DNA from: Chrysomallon squamiferum
Taxonomy: Eukaryota; Animalia; Mollusca
Direction of reading: 5' to 3'
DNA: 64,000 nucleotides
Assembly: GCA_012295275.1 (NCBI GenBank)
Contig: CM022676.1
Location: 1,488,001-1,552,000 of the forward strand
The stretch's first letter is position 1. Every line of letters begins with the position of its first letter. Below are positions 1 to 13,311 of the stretch, in pieces. A program made the position numbers and the translations under genes. The notes under the pieces are model-generated. The model did no database searches. It was not told the DNA's origin and saw only the letters and a program-made list of their open reading frames with translations.

Positions 1-308
1 TTTTAACCATTATGAAGAGAAGATAAATCGATGGTAAACTCCCATTAGTTATACTTGCCAATAGTCATACAGTTTAAAACAACAAGAATGAAAAAAAAAA
101 ATCCTTTAATTATGTTACTTTGCAGGTAAACCAATACATTACGTTTTTTTTTGTTTTTTTTTCCTTGCTATACAACTGGATTACGTGTTTTGACTGATCG
201 AACTATGGAGGTGTTTAGTTACTGGGAAATCAGACCGGATTCCAGTATTGACTCACTGGTGTGGATTCGGATAATCATTTTAAATAAGCACGTTGAGTAA
301 GAAAATAT

Positions 309-760
309 ACAGTCAAACCCCTGTAAATCGACACACCTATTTTTATCACTGTTGTTATTATTTGGTCATATAATAAATATACCTCGCTTTAACATTCCCC
401 GCTTTCCGCATCAGTTGACGAAATGAACCGCCATTAGCCGATCTTGTCTGTGATCATATAAACCCATCATGCAAACCAAGTTGCATTTACGTGTCTTATT
501 TAATGAATAACAATTATGTTTTTTAATGTACTTATTTTCTAAAGCAATCTCGAATTGATCCCATGATATAAATTACTCCAACACAAACATTAAAATTTGT
601 CAGTTTTCGAGAAACAAATTAATGACAGGAATATAGAAAACATGTAAATGGTTTAACGATTAGTATCCTCCTCCCCTTAAATTCGAAAACCACTGAACGC
701 TTTATTATGCCAAAGTCCTTTTAGCACCGATGTCGGCATCATCCAGAGGCGTATCTAAAT
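309..760. mobile_element. Possible decayed Tc1/mariner/pogo-type MITE
   Basis: Begins TA|CAGTCAAACCCCTGTAAATCGACAC, a typical pogo/Tc1 MITE terminus; only a weak degenerate right end near 730-755. Confidence 0.3.
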
Positions 761-767
761 ATGACAT

Positions 768-1050
768 GCGCAGTTAGAATATCTAAACACTGTATGTAGT
801 ACATTATATAAGTGGAATTAAAATATGTAAATCTGAATTAAATATGTAAATATTTCGTTCATTTAGAATATATGTCAGTAATACACCTAATTTAGATTAT
901 GTACGTAATAAACGCAGTTAGAATATGTAAATATGTATGTAATATACGATGAATTAGAGTGTGATACACACTGAATTTGAACGTAAATAAGTACGTACAA
1001 ATCATACGTAATTAGAATAACATAACTCACGCTAGATTATAATGTATAAA
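768..1050. repeat. Degenerate minisatellite (TTAGAATATGTAAATA-like core)
   Basis: Repeated cgcagttagaata / gaattaaaatatgtaaat / ttagattatgtacgtaata units. Confidence 0.6.
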
Positions 1051-1643
1051 ATTGTTTTATTTGAGTGGTTTTTTTTAATGGTTTTTTTTATTATTATTTT
1101 TTTTCCCCCATTTTTCCATATTATTTAAAAGATAATAAAATCAATGTTTAACGTTAGCAAATGAGGTACTTTTGATTTTTTTCACAAAGATAAAAGAAAA
1201 AGTAGAAATTATAATAAATTATTATGTTTGGCGTTTGTAAAATGAGGTATACAGATAAAAACGTTTGAAATGAGCTGACATTGATTTCAGCTCGTCTAAA
1301 CGTCGCTTGCTGACAGCGTAGTGGTCAGTATCTTCAGAAATAAAATCATTATTTACGCACTCGTTATTGATAAATGTCAATTCGATGTATATTAATAGAT
1401 CGCAACAAAAGCTAAGGTAATAAAAAAATAAAAAATTTGGTTAAGTTTTAACAACAGTGCACGAGATTTTGCTGACGTGGAGGCATGTGTTCGATGAATA
1501 TTCCACTTCACAAATGGTAGATTTAAGCTAAGGTACTTAAAGAAGCAATAAAAGTTTGTTTCTCAAATCGCTGAATAAGGTGCAGGCGAACCTTCGTGAT
1601 TCGTGGTCTATAAAGAAATCAATATCGTATTTTTGTTAAAATC

Positions 1644-1791
1644 ATGCGTTCTTTAAGTCGGTTATGCACTGAATGTGGCAGTATTTGTAAAACACCTTTA
1701 TTAATTCGTCTTATATTTTTATTTGGTTTTCTGCTCATTATGTGGATTAATTTACCTTTGACAAGAAATTATTCAAAAAATTCCTGCCCAG
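1644..1791 (+). CDS. Carbohydrate sulfotransferase (CHST/GlcNAc6ST-like), coding exon 1: cytoplasmic tail plus type II transmembrane anchor
   Basis: ATG 1644; hydrophobic LLIRLIFLFGFLLIMWI; donor CCAG|gtaagt after 1791 (148 nt, phase 1) fits the next exon. Confidence 0.8.
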
Positions 1792-2352
1792 GTAAGTACA
1801 TCCGAATAGACGAATATTGTGAACATAAAAATGTTTCTGTTAATTATGATGATGTGAGTGAGTACCGTGCGCACGCACGATACAACACATTAATTCACTT
1901 TCTTACTTGTTAGTCATTATGATTTTTAAAAATTATTATTTTCGTAAAAAGGTTAAAGATGATTTGTAAAATTGCCGAAAAAAACCCCACATATAAATGC
2001 AGAACAGAAAAAGAAATAATATGTATAATAAATAAATAAAACCCACAAAAGAAATCTCTAAAATAATAATAATAATATCAGGGTGGTAATAGTAGCAGCA
2101 GTAATAGCAGCAGCAGTATTAGCAGTAGTAGTACTAGTAGCAGAAACAGAAACAGAAAAAATAAATGTAGTAAGAAGAAGAAAAAAGTATAATAAATACA
2201 ATAGCAAGAAGAAAACTGAAATTATTCACTGAACTTTTAAATTTATAATAATGTTTTTTTTTTTTTGTTTTTTTTTTTCTGGAATAATTCACTAATTTAA
2301 ATATTAATAATCTATTTAATTGGTTAGTTTTATCTCGTTTTTGTTTTTGCAG

Positions 2353-2494
2353 ATGTATTACCTCCACCGGAAGTGATGTTTGTTCTTGTTAAAGGATATA
2401 TGCGCGGAGGTTCCACGTTCACAGCAGACATTTTGCAACAGCATGCAGACGCTATTTATTTTCACGAACCAGTTTTTTTGTTACAGTGGAAAGA
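2353..2494 (+). CDS. Carbohydrate sulfotransferase coding exon 2 (5'-PSB PAPS-binding loop)
   Basis: Acceptor tttttgcag|AT; encodes DVLPPPEVMFVLVKGYMRGGSTFTADILQQHADAIYFHEP (RxGS(T/S)F and YxxEP motifs of the CHST family); donor GA|gtacgt, phase 2. Confidence 0.85.
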
Positions 2495-2833
2495 GTACGT
2501 AAAATTAATAAGAGGAATAACCAAAATATATATTCAATATTTCCTGTCATTTTCATTTTCAATAGTTTAAATATATTTTCTGCACTTCCAAATATTTCAT
2601 TTATTTTCTTTACATATCAATCATCCGATCCTTTGCAAATTCTAAAATTTCTAAATTAATATATTAATATTTCTTCCCCTTTTGAATTCTTCTTGTATTA
2701 ATGTCAAACTTTATTATTAAAAAAGACTTATAATTGGATAATAAAATATTTATTTGCAGGTATTAAAATTTGGTACGTAAAAAATAAACAAATCAGAAAA
2801 AATAATTAACTTTCGAAGTATTACAGCTGAAAA

Positions 2834-2872
<39 letters not shown>

Positions 2873-2991
2873 CACGGATTGATGATGAATAAAATAATTT
2901 GATATCAGCAAATAAAATTTACTTGGAAACAGATTATATTTAAATTTGCTTTATACTGACATTTAAAGAAATACATGAGTATATATAAGTA

Positions 2992-2992
<1 letters not shown>

Positions 2993-3083
<91 letters not shown>

Positions 3084-3085
3084 AT
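2993..3085. repeat. (TA)n microsatellite in sulfotransferase intron 2
   Basis: Directly visible. Confidence 0.95.
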
Positions 3086-3716
3086 ACATACACAGTATAT
3101 GTTTACTGTTTAACAAAGACACATAAATAAATAATTAGGAAGGTCGCGGGTAATTTATACTAAAGTGTGTGTGAAAATACGGTTCTAACAAGTCTTGTAA
3201 TAAAGGTAGTGAGCTGTTACCGCAAGCATTAATCTCAGTTACATCAATATCAGTCATATAAATTATGTTACAAACTGATCGATCTAACCTTTTTACCTTT
3301 TTAAAATTATTACATATGAAAATAAATACCAAATATTCCATAACAATAATCTTTATTTTCTTCTGGATCAATTTTTTGTATTAGGTTGTGATTAGGTTTA
3401 GGGTTAAAGTAAATTTCTGTCTTGCGTTCGTAGTTGGATTTAGCGATATTTTTAAAACAAAGAATTAGATTTAGGCGGAATATAGGATTACTTTTACGCT
3501 TAAGAATCCTATATCCTTTCGTCATTTCCCTGGATATAAAAACACATATCTGTATATGTTTGTCTATCTGTGTATTTGTGTATCAAACCATAACGTGCTC
3601 CATACATACGATACACCAAATAAAATGTATAGTAGTACTATATTCATTACTTTCTTATATTACTTATATATATATATATATATATATTTATGTATGTATG
3701 TATTCTTGTTTTCCAG

Positions 3717-4506
3717 TACGAAGATGAACGGTCAGGAACTGGATGCTATGTTTCGTTGTGACTTCGATTCAGTCAGTCCTGTTATACTGAACTCGTTAGT
3801 CAGGGACGGCAGACTGAGTCGTAAAACACAAAACTACGTACAATGTCGTAAGAAAAACGACGAATCGGACGTCTTTTACCATCTGTGTCAGCCTCTGCTC
3901 ACCAGCGTCTGCATCGACTCTCACCTACGATTAATCAAAGAACTTCGACTGAATATAAAAGACATTGAATATCTCCTTAAAAAATACACACACTTTAAGC
4001 TTATTCATTTGGTCAGGGACCCAAGAGCTATAGTATTTTCACGTTTAAATATGAAGGGTAAATCGAGTTATGTGTTCAAACAAAATCTGGTTGAAGAACA
4101 AGATCTTTGTTCGTTTATGGAGAGTGATATTACAGATTCGCTTCTCTTGAAGAAGCTATACCCAGACCAAATTAAAATCATTCAGTTTGAGGAACTGGCT
4201 ACCAACCCTATAGAACAGACACGGGAACTATATAGGTTCCTAAACCAGGAACCCACTGCCGAGGTGTTATCTTATGTTCGAATTATTACCTCTCATCCCA
4301 TAGAGGAAGAAGATCCGTATTTAACAAGAAGACACAATTCCTCGGAGGTTGTTAACAGGTGGAGAAACGTAGCTCTCTACGAAAGAGTCAAACGAATAGA
4401 CGATGTGTGCAAACATGTCTACCCTAAGCTGGGGTACATAGAACTTGAAAATGAAAACATGATGACAGATCTAAGCATAAAATTATGGAGACCTAGTTGG
4501 AACTGA
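3717..4506 (+). CDS. Carbohydrate sulfotransferase coding exon 3 (catalytic domain with 3'-PB motif), stop TGA
   Basis: Acceptor ttttccag|T, phase 2; MFRCDF, LIKELRL, IHLVRDPRAIVFSR, IIQFEELA, RWR, LGY motifs; the joined CDS of 148+142+790=1080 nt is open (~359 aa). Confidence 0.9.
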
Positions 4507-6313
4507 AAATATTGATTTCTTTGAAATCAAATAATGGTTTGTTTATAATTCTGTCAGTCTGAACAAATCCAAGTCTGAACAAAAAAATTTAAAAAACAAA
4601 AGAACGAAAAATCAAAAGATAACAATAAATTATTTATGTGATATTTGAAGAAGATTGCATCTTAAGTAAAGGGTATGTAATTATGCCTCTGACGTGGTGG
4701 ATGAGGTAGTGGGATTTGTTAAACGATGTTAAATTGTTACGCTTTTGTTCTTTTGCAGTTCGATTGGGGCATTTGGACTAATAAAGCTTACTGCATGATT
4801 CCAATTAATCATTATCATTATGCAATGATAAGAATGGAAATTTTGGACAAAAAAAATCATGTGATTTCCTGCACTCTTTTGTTAGTAAAAATTAAGTAAA
4901 CAGAAACAATGTTCAAAATGTAAAATGTAAAATACACAACACAACGAATATACAGTCAAACGAACACATTCTTGCAGTCGCCAATGCTTATTTCCGCCAT
5001 ATTAAACCTTTCTGATTCTGGCGAGTAATATTTTTAAATTAATTTTTAAATTTTCTCTCTTTTTTTTGAGAATTTAAAATGAAATAATTATTCTTTAATA
5101 AATTCATATTTGGGCACTTGATAAGAGAGCTTCAAAAATAAAAATAGCACTTCTAAAGAATGATTATCTACAAATGTGGCATAATTTTTATGGTGTTTTA
5201 TTTCATGTCTCCGGTAGAAGTTTTGGCATGCAAATGAAAATTATTTTTATCTTAGACTTATTATCATCATCATCATCATCATTATTATTATTTCAACAAG
5301 GTGCTTGGGAACACATCAAACTTCATCAAAGTATTAATATATATAATTAACTATATTTTATATTATATTTCAATTAACTTCTTTAATAATGACGAGCTTT
5401 ATCGAATAGTTTCTGAAATATCACTGAGATAATACGATCACGTGATATTCTTTCATAACTCACTGCTCCGTAAATTAAATTACTTGATAAACTAACGTTT
5501 ATCGAGTTAACCAATTAAGAAACTATATCTAACAGCGAGCTAGATAGAAAGACAGTGAGACAGACAGATGGACCCCTTATCAAAATATTTTTATTCTATG
5601 GCACGTTTCCATGGGTTATAGATAGATACCGGATTATTTAATTTTAAATAATAAATAATAAAATTACTGTCAAAACTAATTCCAATAATCATACGAAATG
5701 CACAAAGACAAGTATGCAAGTGTTAGCATATGCAAACAAAACCATAGTACATCGTTACAATTCTTTGTTTTCGGTTTTCTTAAGGTTTCATTAAAAAATA
5801 GCAATAAATAATAACAGAAAGAGCAACAAAGTAACTGTTTTTCTAGAAATATACATTAAAACACAAGACCAAGAACTGAATTCCACGTTTAAAGATGGCT
5901 TTTGAGAGAGAGTTATTTCTGTTGTAAATAGATAGATAGACAGATGGATGGACCAAAAAAAATAAAAATAAATAAACAATGCATTTAAAAGAAAAATATT
6001 TTAAAAAATAAATAAATAAATAAAACAAAGTAATAAATAATTAATGAAAATGACTCGTTGATACTAAGAAAAAGAAAAGAAAAAAGGAATAAAAACGTCA
6101 ACTGGAAAAAGAATAACACTTTTTAAAAAGTGAGAAAATGAACACTGCATGAAAACAATGCAGCACAGACAGAAGCCTTTTACGTGTGAGAAATCACGTG
6201 ACCTGTCACAGAGCCATGTGCAGCAGGGAGAAAACATCGCCGATGCTCTCTTTCAAATATATATAGTGGCTGTTTATTTAGCTTGTATTTACGTAAGTAC
6301 GTTTGTATCTATC

Positions 6314-6315
<2 letters not shown>

Positions 6316-6345
<30 letters not shown>

Positions 6346-6365
6346 TGTATGTATGTATGTATGTA

Positions 6366-6410
<45 letters not shown>
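6316..6410. repeat. Compound (TATG)n(TG)n microsatellite
   Basis: Directly visible. Confidence 0.95.
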
Positions 6411-6411
<1 letters not shown>

Positions 6412-7640
6412 CGTATCATGCATAAGAAATGTGTTGTTGTTTTCTGTAAGCAAGCAGAAGGAATAAGGTTTTTACTCCTCTTTTTTTTCGAAACTACTGA
6501 CGTTATTCAAAAGATGATTTCAAAGAGCACCGAATTTATTTTAAAGTTGGTTATTCCGATCTTTTATAACTAAGTATTACTTTTCTCGAATACTCATATT
6601 CTAATTCGTCCAGGAAAAAGAAGCTACTTTTGTGTTTGTGCAGGTTTGTATGCACTAAAGGTTTAAGACATTAGAAGTTATAATAAAAGCTATCATGTAA
6701 AAAGTCCAAGATTATGATTTTACCAACTGGTTGTGTTTACTAAAAAAAGAGTTCTTTCTCAGCAAGAAGTACTTTGTTAAACCAGGAATCAGTCACTAAA
6801 GCTGTAAATGAAATGTCTCAAATTTTCATGCCACAAAATAGCTATATCTACTTTCTCAGTAATAATGTACGTATGTTCTAAATAGAAATACCTACTGTCT
6901 CAGTTCTAGTACTGAACATTCTAAACAGATTTATCTATTTTCTCAGTACTGTTTTAGTTTTAAATGAGTTCTGCGTAGATATAAGTGTGACGCCAATATT
7001 AGTTGATTTATTTATTATTTATTTATTATTTTTAATTAAATATTGTTTATATTTTGTAGCTGTTATTAATACTTGTATTGCTATTTTTAATTATACTTCT
7101 GCTATTGATGTTGGTGCTGTTCTTGCTGTTCTAGCTATTGCTGTTGTTGTTACTGTTAATACTAACAACCGTTTTCTTGTTTTATTTTTTCTGTTGTTGA
7201 TTTTGCATTGCTGGTATTTTGGTTGTTTTTCGGACATAAATACATCTTTAAGAAAAGCTTAAACATTATTACTTATATTTCATACTTTCTTTTTGAGATC
7301 TTTATTTTCAAATATGACTTTTATTCTTTCAAAACTGATCAACTAACGACCAGACCTGAATCAATCGTCTGGATTCGGCCGATCTCGGAGAAAGAACAGA
7401 AATAAGTGGTTCACTGGAAAAACATGTAATACATGGTTTACGTTTCAGAAAACAAAACGGCTCTAATCTAGTAGAATGTGATTTAAAATCCACACTTTAT
7501 CAGGCATTTAAACACGGTTACTCCGGTTACAACACTTAATCTAACAAGACAAAGTAAAACTGAGAAATATTGAATTTTCCGATATCATTGTCTTTACGAT
7601 CGACGTTGGCGATGTCGGTGTTAAACAGATATTACAAACT

Positions 7641-8090
7641 GGATAAGGTTATTACGGCTTGTTCCCACACTCGCACAGACGTACTAAATTTAAAAAATAA
7701 TTAATTATATAAATATATACATTACAGTTTTCCATTATTTGTTTGTTTGGGTTTTGTTGGGGATGAAAATGTGCTCATTTGTTTGAAAGTAGGTAAAATA
7801 AATTACTCATTAAGAAAACATTAATTTATGTTAATCGTTCTTTGGAAAGGTGCCTCGTGCCATCAGCTTTTGGCGCATATGCAAACACATAAATAAATAA
7901 AAAATAAAAAATAAAAATAAAAAAACAGAAAAAAGGAAATAAATTAACTAATATGAACGTGTCCTTTATTGTTTTATCTGAACATGTAAAGTATTGTATC
8001 AAAATAGGTAAAGTAAATTACCTACTAAGATCAAACATTTTCTCGCCAAATCGTTATTAAACTGATATTTGTTAACGGTTCCTTTGCGCA
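7641..8090. repeat. Dispersed direct repeat, copy A (homologous to 10399-10830)
   Basis: Shared blocks ataaatatatacattac, tgtgctcattt, gtaaaataaatt.ctcattaagaa, ttgtatcaaaataggtaaa.taaattac, tcctttgcgc. Confidence 0.85.
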
Positions 8091-8328
8091 TGCAAAACAT
8101 AGACGAAGTGAAAATAATAATAATAATAATAATTTTTAAAACTAATATATAAATTTAAAAAACAAAAAACAAAAAAAACAAACAAAAAAAACCACATGGT
8201 GTTATGAGATCGATTGAATTAGAATCTGGAGAAGGCGCGAGTTATTTCCCTTGGATTGAATTTTCCGATATTTTATTTACTTCTAAATATTGTTTAAATT
8301 TCCAAACAGAACGACCAATATACGTTGG

Positions 8329-10177
8329 CAGTGGTGTGCAGAGGGGTGGGGGGGCGAAGAGGTGGTGGCCCTGGGCATCCAATTAAAACTTAATAAATTT
8401 GGTTGATTTATATTTAAATCAAATAAAATGTTTATTTTATGTTTCATCTGTGTTTACATATACAAAAATATTCCTTTCTCATATTTCTCAATACTAGGCC
8501 TTATATTTGACTCTTTGGAGGGTGTCTTCCCATCTGGTAGAATTCCCAGTTGGTATAATTCCCATTTTGTAGAAAAAGCTGGTTTACCGCAATACCTGAT
8601 TACCTCTGTATATAATGAACTTGGCCTGTGCATACATCTGGTTTCTTTCTAACATTCAGAGGCGGAGCACATTGTTCCTAAATCGATTATGTAACATCAA
8701 CCGAAAGCAGAATAAGCATTCACAACTCATTTGTTGTTGATTTGTTACTTTTTCATTATTTCATCATCTTCCTCCTTCTCATTATCATCATCATAATTAT
8801 CATCATCAACATTATTATTATTATTATATTATTACTATTATTATTATTATTATTATTATTTAAGGTGGTCATTTCTAATTCATAAACATTTCCTTTCCGT
8901 TACAAAACAAGCGACCAATAATAAACAATTTTACATCAATTTCATCTACCTATTAAAAAAAATAATAAATAAAGAAAAGAAAAGTAAAAAGCGGCACGAT
9001 GTGTTTTTATTAATGCTTATGGCTTGCTTCTGTAAAAGAAAACGACAAAAATATTATAAATAACTAACATTTTACATACGAGTAATTTACTTATATTCAG
9101 TAAATAGAATATGTGAACGTTACATCTATCATTAACTGTTCGAATTCAACCATATTCAACTTAAACAGGTTCAAGATATCTGTTACTGACCATATTTACG
9201 TTATGCACACATACATATTCAGATTGCGCACATATTATACAATATATGTGACATAGTACACTAAAGATATTATGACCTACAAATACTTTGGCTCTGACTG
9301 AAAAAGTTTATACGAAGGACCAAATCATTGGGAATACTTTTAGATGAATACCTTCTTTTTTAATTATTTACATTCACTATATTCGATACATAGATTATTT
9401 CGATATTTGTCATATTTGCATACTTTATGCGATAAGCGATATCCATACTACAATAATACCTCAGATTAAAGATGTAATTGGTTCCAAATTTCCAATAGTG
9501 AAGTGAGGTATCGTTAAGCGGCAGTTAAACGGCAGTTTAGATATGAATGATTTAATAGATTGTAGATATTAAGTAAACAGTAAATCATTTACAAATCAAT
9601 TTATACAAATACATTAAGAAATAATTATATGCCGCTCATTGTGGGTTTGGTTTCATTTAAGATAATGTATTTTGTTTTTAAAGTTATTGTCTTCCGTTTC
9701 TTTTATCATGAGCATTTGCCGGTTTACAGTTATTCGTTTTGAGATATTGGAAGAATAAATCACAAACGAGTTTAAGTCTAAATCGAAGCAGAAAACAAAA
9801 GAGAATCAGAATATCAGATGCACGTATGACGTGTCAACTGATCAACACAGCTGAGAGAAGCTCGTGAATGAACGAAAAATTAAAGAAAACGGACTTACAA
9901 ATGTATACAATGCATGTTTTTATAATTTATTTCGAGCAATTAACTATTAAATTAAATTTCTATTTATATAATTTGTAAAGAAGAAAGATTGTTAAAGCGT
10001 GATATCGTTAAGCTTTCCAAATAATCTGGAGCAGTTAATTATAATGAATGAGGTAAAACCAAGCATGTCAATAAGACCACTGAACCACATTTAGCTTTTC
10101 TACGAAATGGGATTCTACCATATGGGACTAAGCCCTTTGGAGCATACAATCAAAGCTTTGGCCTCTGCACACCACTG
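8329..10177. mobile_element. Non-autonomous hAT-like DNA transposon (outer element), interrupted by a nested insertion
   Basis: Perfect 16-bp TIR CAGTGGTGTGCAGAGG (8329-8344) / CCTCTGCACACCACTG (10162-10177); 8-bp flanks TACGTTGG and TAAGCTGG match at 6/8 positions (degenerate TSD). Confidence 0.75.
8521..10134. mobile_element. Nested non-autonomous TIR DNA transposon (Mutator- or hAT-like)
   Basis: Imperfect TIRs built from TCCCAnnTGGTAGAA units (8528-8580 versus the reverse complement of 10093-10127); direct repeat CTTTGGAG at 8513-8520 and 10135-10142; no transposase ORF. Confidence 0.7.
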
Positions 10178-10398
10178 TAAGCTGGGCACTGACATGTGCT
10201 CTTGGCATTGCAGAAAACATACTAAAGTTTGACGTTATCGTAATATTCATTGGCAGATGACCTCTGTAAATATCGAAACGTGATTTCAAAAGTGGTATAT
10301 CTCATAAGTATTTTTCATCAAAGCTTGTATTAACTGTTTTCAGTTTTCTGATATGATCTACGATGGCGCAGTCGTCGGTAATGAAACAGTTATGAAAC

Positions 10399-10830
10399 GG
10401 ATTAGGTTGTTTCATGGGTTGGATCCCACATCCGCATATGGCACAGATATGAATGAATGAAGTAAAAAAATTCATTAATTATAAATATATACATTACTGT
10501 TTTTCGTTTTATTATTCTGTTTTTTAAAGATGTGCTCATTTGAAAGTGGGTAAAATAAATTGCTCATTAAGAACAAATTAATTTATGTAATCTTTTTTTT
10601 GGAAAGGGGATTAGGTTCTCTGGGCTAGATCGCGCATGCGTATGTGCGCAGATACAGATTGAACAGGAAATAAATTAATATGAACATGTACCTGATTGTT
10701 TTATTTGAGTATGTAAACTATTGTATCAAAATAGGTAAAATAAATTACGAACTAAGGACAAATTTGTATCTTCTGTTCGATACTGTTCTGGTATTTGGTA
10801 AAGGATCAAATGCTCGAGATTCCTTTGCGC
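10399..10830. repeat. Dispersed direct repeat, copy B (homologous to 7641-8090)
   Basis: See copy A; also has an internal repeat of ggattaggtt...gcacagata. Confidence 0.85.
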
Positions 10831-11271
10831 TTTCTGTAAATGTAAATATATAGCTGTGTGAAATGTTATATATTTAATAGACTTAAAAGCTACATTATTG
10901 TTTGAAATATTCTAATTAACGACAACTATGTCTGTGAGATTGTTAAAGGAATTCCAGTGTGTTAACATCTCTCTATAATTCGCTGAAAAATTATTAATTG
11001 ATTTGTTAAAAAGTACCTTTGACAAAGAAACAAATCATTTGTTAAAAGCATGATGTCAATATGTGACAAATGTAAATAGAATCTTAGGTTACTAACATGA
11101 AGTATATGATGGTCTTTGTCTTGGTAATAAATTTGAAATAATAGATTATTTTCAACAATTCTTTTCTTTGTTTTTATGACTACATTTTTCTTGCCACATT
11201 ATTCTACTAGAGAAATTGAGTAAACAATTCTGATGTCAAAAATCTGTAAACTGTTAAACACAAAAACAATT

Positions 11272-11286
11272 TTTATTTCATTTATT
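11272..11286 (-). terminator. Candidate polyadenylation signals (AATAAA x2) of the Ets gene, implying a ~4.1 kb 3' UTR
   Basis: tttatt at 11272-11277 and 11281-11286, followed on the - strand by a U/GU-rich stretch; close to the boundary where CpG depletion ends. AATAAA is common in this AT-rich DNA. Confidence 0.35.
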
Positions 11287-12796
11287 AGTTTTAATTAGAT
11301 GACATCACATAGGATGCTGATTTAAGGCAATTCACAAATGTCTGATCAACAGTTTAAAGTTACAACACAGATTAAAATATTTCCTTTTGGTTCAAAACTT
11401 TACCTTTAAAACAAAATTAGCAGTTATATACAAATACATGTCTTAAAAATTCTAATATTTTAATTAATTTTAACTTTTTTATTTTTTTTTGTTTTTTCAT
11501 AACGATACATTTCAACAGAAACCATTTCAAATTGTTGACCAACATAGGCACACATGACAATGTTTTAAAAAAATAACTAATAGATTAAAAATATATAAAC
11601 ATGGAAAAAAACAATTTGTATAATACAGAAAAGTCATAACAATGTTTCAAAACCACACAGCTCAATAGAAAATCAAGTTTTAAATTTATTTTAAATCAAT
11701 TTTTCAAATCATATCAACAATTATTTTATTTTTAAATCTTAAACACCTTTGCTTTATTATTAATTGATGCAAATTAATTCAGAATGTGTTACAAAAGCAC
11801 TGGCCAATCTGTAGTTAGTATGGCACATCTCTTATTTGCATAAATTATATAATTATTACTAATATGCAAATCTTGTCATTTTTGAACTTTATTTAGCAAG
11901 TTCAGCTATTCTGGTGTAATACTAATTTTTTTTTTAATTAAAATAACCGAAAATTTAATATTAAATACAGTTTGAAAATATATATTTTTTATATTTTTAA
12001 ATGTTTTTTTTCAACATTTTAATAAATAAATTTACTTAAATTATTTTCTCCAGTAATTCAAAAACTAAATTCCAGTATAAAATTTAAAAAGTAATAGAGT
12101 ATATTAACATAATTATGTGGTATAAGCTGTGTGGTTTCTATGCTAAGCTGTGAGTTATATACATCTATGACAATAATGTGTCAATAAACATTCTGGCTGG
12201 AACATTCTGCAACAAAATAGACATTTTCTAATATTTGGTACATTCCACCATTCTGTAAATGCACCAGAAAATTGTGAATACTGTATATAATACAATGTGA
12301 GATATGAGATCAATATATTACAAGTTCAGATTATTAGGTCCCTTAAAGTATTCCTTTACAAGGCACAGATTTATAAATTTCAACTGTTCTCTTTAATTAA
12401 CAAACACCAAAGTTATAAAATCTTTTTAAAAAAAACACAGCTTATAAAATGAAATATTATTTAAAATAACAAATATCAAAACAATTACTGAAACTACAAA
12501 CTGTTTCAAAACATAAAATAAATAAATGCCTAAATTTACAATCAGATCCCCAAGTCCTTAAAACAAAGATGTGAAAGATTCAACTGATGTCTGTGTGTTT
12601 AAAAACACCAGTGTTGTAATAATCCATGTTTTCAGATTCATCACTACAATTTTATTTTATTACATATTCAGATCCACATGTAAAAAAGTATATATTTTTG
12701 TATGTTCAGTGATGGTTATTCAGTTTTAATTATTCTGTTAATTAACCTGTGTTTTAAAAATATATATAGTTACACAGAGAGAGACATGATAATATT

Positions 12797-12843
<47 letters not shown>

Positions 12844-13311
12844 TCAAATTCATCAATATAATGTAATCAACAAAGTGAATTTTAAAAAAAATTGCAGTTT
12901 ATGCATTACATATTTTCTATATATTATCTAAATCAATATATCTAATGTATACTGCCAAATATATAACAAACCAGAATTTGTCAAATTAAAAATCCAATGA
13001 AAAATGAAAAGATTTAAGATTTATTAAACCGAAAAGAACAAAAAATAAAAATAAAATTTTATAAAAATAACAAATATGGAAATATTAATTAAAAGAACAT
13101 TTTTTTCTTTAATTTTTAACTAAAATGTAATAATGTTAAGCAGCTATATTGTGATATTCTACAAAGTATATACAAAATGTTAATACTAAAAATCTCATGT
13201 CAGATGGAAGTAAAACTGTTACTATGTTAGTGTGTGATCAAACTGTATTTGTGAACACTTGATGGCAGACTAGAAAAAATAAAATATCATTAATTTTATT
13301 TTTATATTTCT

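Noticed and set aside
2760-2772. 13-nt microexon candidate (ttgcag|GTATTAAAATTTG|gtacgt) in sulfotransferase intron 2
   Set aside because: Would frameshift; exons 2 and 3 already join in frame without it
3135-3530. Possible repeat element with ttaggg-like motifs in sulfotransferase intron 2
   Set aside because: No convincing TIR/TSD and no telomeric array; cannot classify without a database
3556-3716. N-terminal extension of the 316-aa ORF
   Set aside because: Runs through a (TA)n repeat and pyrimidine tract; it is intronic, and the exon starts at 3717
6149-6573. ORFs with YVCM/VC repeats, and a possible promoter (CACGTG) near 6195
   Set aside because: Microsatellite-derived; no supportable downstream exons
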